Notes: generated from the letters alone by a model not told the origin. Shown: positions 37,126-46,818, counted from the first letter of the stretch. The stretch is 64,000 nucleotides of DNA from Chloroflexota bacterium (GCA_023389575.1 JAEWEG010000045.1:13230-77229); one strand, 5' to 3'. Numbers and translations: made by a program.

Positions 37126-37155
37126 ACACCCCGCGCCAGAAATAGCGCGGGGTGT
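37126..37155 (-). other. Intercistronic stem-loop between the histidine kinase and response regulator genes
   Basis: ACACCCCGCGC-(8 nt)-GCGCGGGGTGT, an 11-bp stem, inside the 183-nt HK-RR spacer. Confidence 0.5.
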
Positions 37156-37184
37156 GGTCGGATTCTTCGGGTTATGGGCGCGGC

Positions 37185-38552
37185 TCAGCCGCAGGGAATC
37201 TCCACGTAAATCGTCGTACCCTTGCCCGGCGGGCTGGAGAGTGAGAACCGCCCATCCAGGGCCAGGATCCGGTCCTGCAGGCCTCGGAGCCCCGAGCCGT
37301 GGCCCAGATTGGCCCCGCCGCGGCCGTTGTCGGAAATCTCCAGGATCAGCCAGTTGCCCCTGCGGTGGATATGCACCCTCGCGCGGCTCGCCTGGCTGTG
37401 CTTGGCGATATTCGTCAGCGACTCCACCACCACGAAGTAGGCCGTTCCCTCGACCTCTTCCGGCAGCCGGCTCTTGAGGTCAACATCGACTTCCACCGGC
37501 ACCGGCGACCGCCCGGCGATCGCCGAGATCGCGGCGTCCAGCCCACGGTCGGTCAACACCGCCGGGTGAATGCCTCGCACCAGGTCCCGCAGGTCGGCCA
37601 GGATCCGCTTCGACTCTTCATGCGAGCTATCGATCAGCAGCTTCGCCCCCTCGGGGTCCTTCTCCATCTTGTCCTGAAGCCGCCCCAGGTCCATCGCCAG
37701 GGCCACCAGTCGTTGCTGCGCACCATCGTGCAGGTCGCGCTCGATCCGCCGGCGCTCCAGGTGCATCGCTCGCATCACCGCCGAGCGAGCCTCGGTCAGT
37801 TCCTCCACCCGCTCGATGAGGACCTCTTCCTGCGAAGGCGCCAGGAATCGCAGTCCGACCTTGCCGTTCACGATCGCCATCAGGTTGACCAGCACGCTGA
37901 ACGGCACCACCAGGATCAGGCCGACCGCTCCAGCGACCACCGCCTCCGGGAATGACGAGATGTTCCATCCGTTGATGTTGTGGTGCCCGCCCAGGATGAA
38001 GATCAGCGGTGCGATGGCGTAGGAAACCGGCTGGAAGACGAACACCAGGCCCAAAATGCCCATTGGCAGCAGCAGGAGCAAATAGGCCAGGTCCCGCCAG
38101 AGTTGCGGATTCCGCAAAAGTCCCCAGGCCTTCTTCCAAGGCGCGCCGTCCTCCGGAAAGTACCGGTACGGGCTCGCGATCGAGACGCCCAGGAACACCC
38201 GGAGGCGGTCCCGTTCCATTTGCGCGGTCCAGATCGTGATCGCAACCAGCGCGGCCAGCAGCGGGACTCCAACCCAGATGATGATCGTCGCCAGGCCAAC
38301 CGCCGCGACCGTCACGAAGAACACCAGCCAGATAAGGCCGAGGATGAACGTCGTGATCAGGAACAGCGAATCGCTGACGACCTTCCAGGAATTGACGATG
38401 GGCAGGCCATGCAGCGTGCGCCATATGGTCTCGGTGGAGAACCGGCGCGCGACCGGCGTCAACCGGTGGGAGACGGCATCCGACATGAACGGCACCGAGG
38501 TGAACTGGTCTATGCGTTGTTGACTTTCGTCGTTGTGGGTACTGAGCCTCAT
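37185..38552 (-). CDS. Sensor histidine kinase (HisKA_3 / NarX-LiaS type) with multi-TM N-terminal sensor
   Basis: H-box LHDGAQQRL and ATPase boxes ESLTNIAKHS, ISDNGRGGA, GSGLRGLQDR. ATG 38552 follows AGGAAA. Confidence 0.85.
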   Translation of the reverse strand: MRLSTHNDESQQRIDQFTSVPFMSDAVSHRLTPVARRFSTETIWRTLHGLPIVNSWKVVSDSLFLITTFILGLIWLVFFVTVAAVGLATIIIWVGVPLLAALVAITIWTAQMERDRLRVFLGVSIASPYRYFPEDGAPWKKAWGLLRNPQLWRDLAYLLLLLPMGILGLVFVFQPVSYAIAPLIFILGGHHNINGWNISSFPEAVVAGAVGLILVVPFSVLVNLMAIVNGKVGLRFLAPSQEEVLIERVEELTEARSAVMRAMHLERRRIERDLHDGAQQRLVALAMDLGRLQDKMEKDPEGAKLLIDSSHEESKRILADLRDLVRGIHPAVLTDRGLDAAISAIAGRSPVPVEVDVDLKSRLPEEVEGTAYFVVVESLTNIAKHSQASRARVHIHRRGNWLILEISDNGRGGANLGHGSGLRGLQDRILALDGRFSLSSPPGKGTTIYVEIPCG

Positions 38553-38728
38553 GGCGGTTTTCCTGTGGTACGAACGAGGAGGCTTGATTCACTATAGTTG
38601 GAGTATCGCGTTCGGGCATCCCGCCGTGCAGTGGGAAATCAGGTGATTGCCGGGTAAGGCTATCCCCCATATCGCCCACCCCACGTATGATGCCGCGAAA
38701 GATTCGTTCTCAACTGGAGGCAATCAGG

Positions 38729-38998
38729 ATGGCCCGTTTCCTCGTCACGACCACGTTCGCCAGCGCCGAGAAGCGCATGGAGCACCGCGCCGAGCATCGC
38801 GTGTATCTCAACCAGCTCGTCTCCGAAGGTAAGCTGCTCATGGCCGGTCCCTACACCGACGAAACGGGCGGGGTCATCGTCTTCGAGGCGGTAGACCGGG
38901 CCGAGGTCGAATCCATGATGGCCAACGACCCGTTCACCACCAACGGCGTGTTCGCCACCACGGACATTCGGGAGTGGATACTCGTCGCGGGCAGTTGA
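38729..38998 (+). CDS. YciI family protein
   Basis: ATG 38729 follows GGAGG. 89 aa with a YciI-like pattern (HRVYLNQLVSEGKLLMAGPY...NDPF). Confidence 0.75.
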   Translation: MARFLVTTTFASAEKRMEHRAEHRVYLNQLVSEGKLLMAGPYTDETGGVIVFEAVDRAEVESMMANDPFTTNGVFATTDIREWILVAGS

Positions 38999-39007
38999 CC
39001 CAGACGA

Positions 39008-41227
39008 TCAGCCGCTGGCTGATCGCTCGATCTCGCGGATCGCCGCGAGCACTCGCTCCGGCGTGAACGGCAGGTCGCTCAGCCACACCCCGGTCGCGTC
39101 GTGGATGGCGGCCGCCACCGCCGGGGCAAATGGCACGAGGGGCATTTCCGCCATGCCCCGTGCTCCGAACGGCCCGTTCGGATCGGCCAGCTCCAGGATC
39201 ACCGGCACGATCTCGACGGGCATGTCCATCGTCGTCGGCAGCAGGTACGTGCTGAAATGGGGCGTCATCAACCGCCCATCCCGCACGATCAGGTTTTCCA
39301 GCAGTGTGTACCCTACCGCCTGGGCCAGGCACCCCTCGATCTGGCCTTCCACCTGCTGCCGGTTGATCGCCGTACCGACGTCGTGCGCGCTGACAATCGA
39401 CCGCACGCTGACGCCGCCCGTCCGGGTGTCCACGTCCACCGCCACCGCCTGGCTCACGTAGCCGTAGCAGAAGTTCGGCGTGCCGGCACCGGTAACCGGG
39501 TCGAGCGGCGTGGTGGCGGGTGGCCGAAAGTTCGCGGTCGCCACCACATGCCGGTCCTCGCTGTTGCGGTAGGCCTCCAACGCGTCCCTCGCCGCCGCGT
39601 GAACCGCCCCGCCCGCCAGCAGCGTCAACCGCGAAGCCGAGGCCGATCCCGCGTTCGGGGCCAGCGCGCTGTCGTCCGTCACCATCTCGATCAGGCTGGT
39701 GTCCACGCCCAGCACCCCGGCCGCGATCTGCCGCATCGCAAGATGAGTGCCCTGCCCCACCTCCGCCGCGCCGACCCGCACGATCGCCCGCTCGATTTCG
39801 CCTCGCCCGAACACCTCAACCGTTGCGGTCGCGTTGTCCGGATACCCGAACGAGTAGCCAACGTTCTTGATGCCCGAGGCGATGCCAAAGCCACGCCGGA
39901 TGTGTGGCGGCAGCGGCTCGTCCCGCAGCGCCGCGAACCGCGACTCCCCCTCGGCCATCGCCGCCTCGAACACCGGCAACGCCGAAACACTCTCGGGAAG
40001 TCGGTACTGGGTCGGCTCCAGGCTGCCTTCGCGGTACAGGTTGATCCGGCGAATCTCCGCCGGGTCCATGCCCAGTGCCTCCGCCAACCGGTTCACCATC
40101 GACTCGGCGGCGAAATGCGCCTGCGGTGCACCGAATCCGCGGAAGGCGCCGCTCGGCACATGGTTCGTGTAGGCCACGTATCCATCGGTCGCGATGTGCT
40201 CGATCTCATACGGTCCAGTGGCGAACACCGCCGCGCACTTCATGACCTCGGCCGAGGTCGAGGCGTACGCCCCGCCATCCGCCACCACCCTCGACCGCGC
40301 CCCGACGATCCTGCCGTCCCGGTTCGCCGCCCAAGTGCACTGGATCCGCATCGGATGCCGCTTGTGGTGCCCCAGCATCGATTCCTCACGGGTCCATTGC
40401 AGGGCCACCTTCCGGTCCGGGTGGCTCTCCCGCAGCGACCACGCCGCCAGCGCCAGCACATGCTGCATCGAGAGGTCTTCTCGACCCCCGAACGCCCCGC
40501 CAATGGCGTTGTAACGGACTGTGACCCGCTCCTCGGGCAGCTTCAGCATGGCCGCGATCTGTCGCCGGTCCTCATGGAGCCATTGGCCCGCCGTCTCGAC
40601 CACCAACTGGCCGTCGTCCTCGATCCAGGCGGTTCCCGCCTCCGGCTGGAGGAAGGCATGTTCCTGCCAGGTCGTCGAGAACTCCCCCTCCAGCACAATG
40701 TCCGCCGCCGCGATCGCCGCGTCCGCGTCGCCCTTGCGAATCGGCACATGAATCAGCACGTTGGAGCCATGCGAGGCGTTCACCAGCGGGGCGTCCTCCC
40801 GCATCGCCTCCTCCGGGTCGAGCACCGGCGGCAGGTCCTCGAACCGGACATCGACCGCCTCCACGCCCGCCCGGGCCGCGTCGACCGAATCGGCCACGAC
40901 AAGCGCGACCTTGTCGCCGCTGAACCGGACTTCGTCGCCAACCGCCACCAGCACTGGCTGGTCGTTCTCGATCAGGCCGAAGGCGTTGAACGGAATGTCG
41001 TTCGCCGTCAGCACCCGCACGACTCCGGGAACGGCCAGTGCCCTCTCGATGTCGATACGAAGAACCCGCGCCCGGGGTCGGTGCGCGAACACCACCGCCG
41101 CGTGCAGCATCCCGGCCCTGATCCTGTCCGCTGGATACGTCGTGGCGCCGTTCACCTTGCCGGGCGCGTCCGGCCGGCGATGCGATTCCCCAATGACGGC
41201 GGGCGGCCGAGTGATCTTTAGGCTCAT
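39008..41227 (-). CDS. Xanthine dehydrogenase/aldehyde oxidase-family molybdopterin-binding subunit
   Basis: GGAFGGRED, AFRGFGAPQ (XDH/AOX-type rather than the CODH-type AYRGAGR), and GARGMAEMP with the catalytic Glu context. Confidence 0.85.
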   Translation of the reverse strand: MSLKITRPPAVIGESHRRPDAPGKVNGATTYPADRIRAGMLHAAVVFAHRPRARVLRIDIERALAVPGVVRVLTANDIPFNAFGLIENDQPVLVAVGDEVRFSGDKVALVVADSVDAARAGVEAVDVRFEDLPPVLDPEEAMREDAPLVNASHGSNVLIHVPIRKGDADAAIAAADIVLEGEFSTTWQEHAFLQPEAGTAWIEDDGQLVVETAGQWLHEDRRQIAAMLKLPEERVTVRYNAIGGAFGGREDLSMQHVLALAAWSLRESHPDRKVALQWTREESMLGHHKRHPMRIQCTWAANRDGRIVGARSRVVADGGAYASTSAEVMKCAAVFATGPYEIEHIATDGYVAYTNHVPSGAFRGFGAPQAHFAAESMVNRLAEALGMDPAEIRRINLYREGSLEPTQYRLPESVSALPVFEAAMAEGESRFAALRDEPLPPHIRRGFGIASGIKNVGYSFGYPDNATATVEVFGRGEIERAIVRVGAAEVGQGTHLAMRQIAAGVLGVDTSLIEMVTDDSALAPNAGSASASRLTLLAGGAVHAAARDALEAYRNSEDRHVVATANFRPPATTPLDPVTGAGTPNFCYGYVSQAVAVDVDTRTGGVSVRSIVSAHDVGTAINRQQVEGQIEGCLAQAVGYTLLENLIVRDGRLMTPHFSTYLLPTTMDMPVEIVPVILELADPNGPFGARGMAEMPLVPFAPAVAAAIHDATGVWLSDLPFTPERVLAAIREIERSASG

Positions 41228-42651
41228 ACCACACCGCCCTTCGCGGCCTGGTCAACGGCGGCCAGGATCTTGCTGTACCCGGTACAACGGCAGATATTCC
41301 CGCTCAGGGCCACGCGCGTGTCGAGGACGTCAGGCACTGGCCGTTCGTCCAGCAACTTCGCGCCGGCCATCACCATCCCTGGTATGCAGAACCCACATTG
41401 CACCGCCGCCTGGTCGATGAATGCCTCCTGGAGTGGATGCAACCCACCCTCGCTCCGATCGCTCGTCGCGGCCAGCCCCTCGATGGTGGTCACGGACGCT
41501 CCCTTCGCCTGACCGGCCGGAACCAGGCAGGACATCACCGCCCGGCCGTCCAGCCACACCGTGCAGGCGCCGCATTCGCCCTCGGCGCAGCCTTCCTTGG
41601 CCCCGGTCAGGCCCGCGTGGTCGCGAATCGCGTCCAGCAGCGTCAGTTGCGTCGCCGCCGCGTCCCAGGTGACTCGGGCTCCGTTCACCTCCACCACCAT
41701 GGATTCGAGCGGCCCTCCTGCGCATGGGCTTTGGGGATATGTCGTGCGAGATTCGAGCAAAATCGGCCGCTCGGGGAATCCCTCTCGCTCCCGGCCCTCT
41801 CCCAGGCGAAGCAACGCGTCCTCCACCAATCGCTGGAGCACCGAGTTCCGGTAATCCGCGCTTCCCCGGATGTCCCCAATCGGAGAAACATCCTTCAGCG
41901 CAACGCGTCCAGCCTCCGCGCGAACCTCCGGCGTCAGTGCCTTGCCCGCCAGGAAGGCCTCGGTCGCCGATCCGCGTACAACCGTCGGCGCGAGGCAGCC
42001 AAACGCCACTCTCGCCGACCTCACCACGTCCCCATCGAACGCCGCCACGATCGCGAAGTGAATCACCGAGATCGCCTGCGCCCGGCGAAGCCCTACCTTC
42101 ACGAACAGCCCACGCTCGCCAGAGGCGGGTTTCGGGATCAGGATCGAGGTCACAAGTTCGTCCGGCTCCACCACCGTCTGTCGAAACCCCGGGTAGAACT
42201 CCGCGATCCGAACCTGGCGCTGGCCGCGCACGGACGCCAGCGTCACAACCGCGTCCAGCGCCATCAGCGCCGATATCGTGTCGTTCGCCGGCGAACCGGT
42301 CACGATGTTCCCTGCGACCGTGGCCCTCGACCGCAATTGCGGCGCGCCGATTTCAAGGCATGACTGGGCCAGTGGCAGGGCATCGCGCACGCATGCCTCG
42401 CTCGAGATCACGTCGTTATGCGTCGCCAGCGCGCCAAGCTCGATACCATCCGCGGTCTCGGCGATGCCTCGCAGCGCTTCGATCCGGGTGACGTCGATCA
42501 GCGTCGTGGTTGGCTTCACCCCTCGCGAGAGTTCCACCACCACGTCCGAGCCACCGGCCACGACTCGAGCCGATTCGCCGAGTCGTGCCCGTAGCGCCAG
42601 CGCCTCATCCAGCGTTGTGGGTTGGTAATACGTTTGCCAGGTGCGACGCAT
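41224..42651 (-). CDS. Fused FAD-binding and [2Fe-2S] subunit of the XDH-family enzyme
   Basis: N-terminal FAD-binding-5 type region (VVAGGSDVVVEL). C-terminal ferredoxin motifs CAEGECGACTV, CGFCIPG, NICRCTGY. 4-nt overlap with the large subunit gene. Confidence 0.85.
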   Translation of the reverse strand: MRRTWQTYYQPTTLDEALALRARLGESARVVAGGSDVVVELSRGVKPTTTLIDVTRIEALRGIAETADGIELGALATHNDVISSEACVRDALPLAQSCLEIGAPQLRSRATVAGNIVTGSPANDTISALMALDAVVTLASVRGQRQVRIAEFYPGFRQTVVEPDELVTSILIPKPASGERGLFVKVGLRRAQAISVIHFAIVAAFDGDVVRSARVAFGCLAPTVVRGSATEAFLAGKALTPEVRAEAGRVALKDVSPIGDIRGSADYRNSVLQRLVEDALLRLGEGREREGFPERPILLESRTTYPQSPCAGGPLESMVVEVNGARVTWDAAATQLTLLDAIRDHAGLTGAKEGCAEGECGACTVWLDGRAVMSCLVPAGQAKGASVTTIEGLAATSDRSEGGLHPLQEAFIDQAAVQCGFCIPGMVMAGAKLLDERPVPDVLDTRVALSGNICRCTGYSKILAAVDQAAKGGVV

Positions 42652-42745
42652 ACACTTCTCCAGGGAATCAGGCGGTTCACGCTAAGGTGTGTTGGGTTGG
42701 CCCATTGTACGCATGTCGGCCATCGCGCTGCATGGAGTGCCGGCG

Positions 42746-44095
42746 TCACCCTTCGACGCATGGACCTGGAATGAAACGCCCATGTGGCCGCTCGTCCGCG
42801 CCCTCGCCGAACACCACCATGCCCCGCAGAACCGTCGCCACCGGTTCCGCCGCCATCGGCACCCCGTCCCAGGCCGAGGCCGGATGCCGGTACCGTACAT
42901 GCTCGACGGGCGCTGGGTCCCGCCAGCGCCAGATCGCCAGGTCCGCGTCGAAGCCCGGCGCGACCTCGCCTTTCCGCGGTAACTGGAACCGATGCGCGGC
43001 GTCCCGCGCCAGCAACGAACCGAGCGCCTCGAGGCCCATCCCCCGCTCGCGACCCATGGTGAGTGATGCCGCCACCAGGTGCTGGCAGCCACTGATGCCA
43101 CCCCAGTTCAGGAACGCGTTGTCCGATTGCTTCATGTCTGGTGGCGCTGGCGAATGATCGGAGGACAGCATGTCGATATCGCCCGCCAGCAACGATTCCC
43201 ACAGCGCCTCCCTCGTGTCGGCATCGCGAATCGGCGGCGCGCATTTGGCCAGGGGGCCGATCCGCACCGCGTCGTCATCGACGAACGCCAGGTAATGTGG
43301 GCATGTCTCGCACGTCACATCCACCCCGCGCACCCGCGCCTCCGCCACCAGTTCCACCCCAGCGCCGGTGCTCACATGCACCACATGGAGCGCGCAGCCG
43401 GTCGCTTCCGCCAGCGCGATGGCCCGGCCAATCGCCTCGACCTCGGCCACCACCGGACGACTGGCAAGGTAGTCCCGCATCCCGATGCGTCCCGCGGCCT
43501 GTGCCCGCCGGGCCAGGTCCTGGGTGATCGCGTCGTTCTCGGCATGGACCGCCACCGGCAGGCCAAGCGCGGCCGCGACTCGCATGCCCTGATACAGCGT
43601 GTCATCGCCGACGTGGTGGAAGTCATCCATGCCCGAGTTGGACATGAACGCCTTGAACCCCACCACACCGGCCGCCGCCAGGTCCTCCAGGTGGTCCAGG
43701 TTGTCCGGCGTCAACCCGCCCCACAGCGCGAAATCGGCGCGACTCTTCGCCGCCGCGACGGAGACCTTCGCGTCGAACGACGCCCGGTCCAGGGTCGGCG
43801 GGTGAGCGTTCAGCGGCATCTCGACGCAGGTGGTCACACCCCCAGCCACCAGCGCCGCGCTGCCGGTTTCCCAACCTTCCCAGTCGCCCCGGCCTGGCTC
43901 GTTGAAGTGCACATGTGGGTCGATCGCCCCGGCCATCACGAAACACCCGGTCGCGTCGATCACCCGGCCCGCGTCACCTCCGAGGTCCGGCCCCACCTCC
44001 ACGATCTGGCCGTCACGCACCGCGACATCCGCCCGGTGCGAGCCCGCTCCGGTCCCCACTTCACCACCGCGTACAACCAGGTCGTATCGAGTCAT
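42746..44095 (-). CDS. allB: Allantoinase
   Basis: Matches allantoinase along its length: DPHVHFNEPGRGDWEGWETGS, EMPLNAHPPTLDRASFDAK, ASRPVVAEVEAI, CETCPHYL, LAKCAPPIRD, SSDHSPAPPDMK. Confidence 0.85.
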   Translation of the reverse strand: MTRYDLVVRGGEVGTGAGSHRADVAVRDGQIVEVGPDLGGDAGRVIDATGCFVMAGAIDPHVHFNEPGRGDWEGWETGSAALVAGGVTTCVEMPLNAHPPTLDRASFDAKVSVAAAKSRADFALWGGLTPDNLDHLEDLAAAGVVGFKAFMSNSGMDDFHHVGDDTLYQGMRVAAALGLPVAVHAENDAITQDLARRAQAAGRIGMRDYLASRPVVAEVEAIGRAIALAEATGCALHVVHVSTGAGVELVAEARVRGVDVTCETCPHYLAFVDDDAVRIGPLAKCAPPIRDADTREALWESLLAGDIDMLSSDHSPAPPDMKQSDNAFLNWGGISGCQHLVAASLTMGRERGMGLEALGSLLARDAAHRFQLPRKGEVAPGFDADLAIWRWRDPAPVEHVRYRHPASAWDGVPMAAEPVATVLRGMVVFGEGADERPHGRFIPGPCVEG

Positions 44096-44249
44096 GCGCG
44101 GGATATCCTCGCTCGTGTCCGGAAATGCCTATCACCACATGGTACGACACCGAAGCCCCGCACCTGACCGCGAAACGCCTTCCCCAAATGAAAGGCTGGT
44201 GTCACTATTGCGCGAGCGACCAGCGACCTTTCACCCAGGAGCGACTTCG

Positions 44250-45155
44250 TTGACCACCTCCACCGGCCAGGCCCAGTTCGAACAGGCGATGGGCGAACTC
44301 TTCAATCCGTTGTCCGGTCCCGTAGGCATGATGGTGAAGGATCTCGATTCCGAGCTTGAACTGACCTGGAACCCGCACCAGATGTTTCCCACGGCCTCCA
44401 CGCTCAAGGTGCCCCTGCTGTACGAGTTGTACCGCCAGGCCGACGCCGGTGAGGTCGACCTCACCGAGCGCGTCACGCTGATGCACAAGGATCGCGTTCC
44501 CGGGTCCGGCGTCTACCAAACCCTTGACGAAGGGCTGCAACCGACATTCCGTGACCTCGCCGAACTCATGATCACGGTGTCGGACAACTGGGCCACCGAC
44601 ATCATCTTCACCCGCCTCGGTAAGGATCGCGTCGCCGCGATGCTGGAAGAGCGCGGCATGGAGAACACGTCACTCCCCATGACCATCTGGGAACTGTTCT
44701 GCGCCACCTGTGAGCTGGACCCCACCGATCCGTCAGTCACCTACGACTCCCTGAAGCAGGCGCTCAAGGACATGGTTGCGCCAATCACCAACCGCGCCCG
44801 GCTGGCGGACCGCACGAACGATGTCAGTTCCGCCGCCGACATGATCTCGCTGCTGGTGGCGATCCACGAAGGCGTCGGCCTGACCGAAACCAGTCGCGAA
44901 GCCATCCTGGAGATCATGAAGCACCAGAACTTCACCAGCATCATCCCGTTCCGCCTCCCACCCGACGAGGGTATCGAGACCGCGCACAAGACGGGCAGTC
45001 TCAAGGGCGTCAAGAACGATGTCGGCCTCGTGTACTCCCCGAAGGCAAACTACGCCATCGCCTTTTACAGCATGTACCAGGAGGATGTCCCCGCCGTCGT
45101 CGACGCCATGTCCCACGCGTCCCGCTGGGTGTGGGAGCATCTCACCTCTTCCTGA
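44250..45155 (+). CDS. Class A beta-lactamase-fold serine hydrolase, no signal peptide
   Basis: TTG 44250 follows AGGAG. Motifs ASTLK (SxxK), VSDN (SDN), HKTGS (KTG). Confidence 0.7.
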   Translation: MTTSTGQAQFEQAMGELFNPLSGPVGMMVKDLDSELELTWNPHQMFPTASTLKVPLLYELYRQADAGEVDLTERVTLMHKDRVPGSGVYQTLDEGLQPTFRDLAELMITVSDNWATDIIFTRLGKDRVAAMLEERGMENTSLPMTIWELFCATCELDPTDPSVTYDSLKQALKDMVAPITNRARLADRTNDVSSAADMISLLVAIHEGVGLTETSREAILEIMKHQNFTSIIPFRLPPDEGIETAHKTGSLKGVKNDVGLVYSPKANYAIAFYSMYQEDVPAVVDAMSHASRWVWEHLTSS

Positions 45156-45299
45156 ACCATCGAGCGCCATGTCGCGACCGGGCGACGGTTGACGCCGCAT
45201 CCGTTCTGCGGCTGAATGGATGCCGTACGGGCTCCCCGCCGGTATCGCTCACCGGCCAGCCCCAGGCGCGTACACTCACGCAACCACTGGAGGTCACAC

Positions 45300-46202
45300 G
45301 TGGCAAGCAGCGATTTCGTATTCCTCGACGATCGATTCAAACCCTGCGTCAAGGCTTCGGCCAGCGTGGAGAAGCTCTACGAAGGGTGCCGCTGGGCCGA
45401 GGGCCCGGCCTGGTTCCCCATGATGCGCTCCCTCATCTGGAGCGACATCCCCAACGACCGCATGATGCGCTGGGATGAAACCACCGGCGTCACCGGCGTC
45501 TTCCGCCAGCCCGCCGGCAACAGCAACGGCAACACGGTCGACCGCCAGGGCCGCCTCGTCTCCTGCGAACACGGCAATCGACGCGTCACCCGCACCGAGC
45601 ACGACGGCTCGATCACCGTCCTCGCCGACAGCTACAACGGCAAGCCGCTCAACAGCCCCAACGATGTCGTCGTCAAGTCCGATGGTTCGATCTGGTTCAC
45701 CGATCCCCCCTATGGCATCGAGTCGGTCTACGAAGGAAACCTCGGCGACCAGGAGATCGGCGGAAATTACGTCTACCGCATCGATCCCGATTCCGGCGAT
45801 GTCGAGGTCGTGGCCGACGATTTCGACCGGCCGAACGGGCTCGCCTTTTCCCCCGACGAATCGCGCCTGGTGATTTCCGATACGGGCAGCGCCGAGACCC
45901 GTCACTTCCGGAGCTTCACGGTCAACGACAACGGCACCCTCACTGGCGGCGAGGTGCTCGCCAAATGCACCGTGGGCGGCTTCGACGGCTTCCGGTTCGA
46001 TACCGAAGGCCGCATCTGGACCAGCGCCGGCGATGGCGTCCACTGCATCCACCCGGACGGCACGCTGCTTGGCAAGGTGCTCGTGCCGGAAGGCGTCGCC
46101 AACGTGGAGTTCGGCGGGGCCAAGCGCAACCGCCTGTTCATCTGCGGCACGTCGTCGCTCTATTCGATCATGCTGCCGGTGCAGGGTGACAAGCGCTTCT
46201 AG
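45300..46202 (+). CDS. SMP-30/gluconolactonase/LRE family protein
   Basis: GTG 45300 follows GGAGG. AEGPAW, NSPNDVVV, RPNGLAFSPDE, GFDGFRFD. Confidence 0.8.
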   Translation: MASSDFVFLDDRFKPCVKASASVEKLYEGCRWAEGPAWFPMMRSLIWSDIPNDRMMRWDETTGVTGVFRQPAGNSNGNTVDRQGRLVSCEHGNRRVTRTEHDGSITVLADSYNGKPLNSPNDVVVKSDGSIWFTDPPYGIESVYEGNLGDQEIGGNYVYRIDPDSGDVEVVADDFDRPNGLAFSPDESRLVISDTGSAETRHFRSFTVNDNGTLTGGEVLAKCTVGGFDGFRFDTEGRIWTSAGDGVHCIHPDGTLLGKVLVPEGVANVEFGGAKRNRLFICGTSSLYSIMLPVQGDKRF

Positions 46203-46251
46203 CGCCTCGCCATATCTGACACAACACTAGAAACATTCACGGGAGAACGCG

Positions 46252-46788
46252 ATGCCTGGTCCACTGCTGGTGGTCGATGTCCAACTGGGTTTCATCAACG
46301 AGTTCACCGAACACCTGCCGGCCCGCATCGCGACCCTGATCGATCGGCGGGATCACGATCCCGTCTACTTCACCCGCTTCGTTAACGTCGAGGGCAGCCC
46401 ATTCCGCCGCATCCTCGAATGGGACGAGTGCGCCGAACCTCCCGACACCGAACTCGCGCCGGAAATTCGCGACCACGCGCCGGAAGAGCGAATCTATTCC
46501 AAGCCGGGCTACGCGGGGCTACCCCCCAAGCTGGCCCAGCACCTCCGGGACAACCAGATCGACGAGATCGCGGTGGTCGGTATTGACACGGACATGTGCG
46601 TCCTCAAGGTCGCCATGGACCTGTTCGACATGAACATCCGCCCCGTCATTTACACCGACTGCTGCGCGAGCACGGCCGGTCTCCAGTCACACCTGGCCGG
46701 ACTCGCCGTGCTCGCCCGCAACGTCGGCGCCCAGCACCTGCGGGACGCCGGCCTGGGCGGCGGTCATCTCGCCGCCCCATCGACGTAG
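46252..46788 (+). CDS. Isochorismatase-family cysteine hydrolase
   Basis: LLVVDVQLGF and VVGIDTDMCV (catalytic Cys context). A GGGAG RBS precedes the start. Confidence 0.75.
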   Translation: MPGPLLVVDVQLGFINEFTEHLPARIATLIDRRDHDPVYFTRFVNVEGSPFRRILEWDECAEPPDTELAPEIRDHAPEERIYSKPGYAGLPPKLAQHLRDNQIDEIAVVGIDTDMCVLKVAMDLFDMNIRPVIYTDCCASTAGLQSHLAGLAVLARNVGAQHLRDAGLGGGHLAAPST

Positions 46789-46818
46789 CGGGAACGCCCT
46801 TATCGCCGTGCGCGCTGC

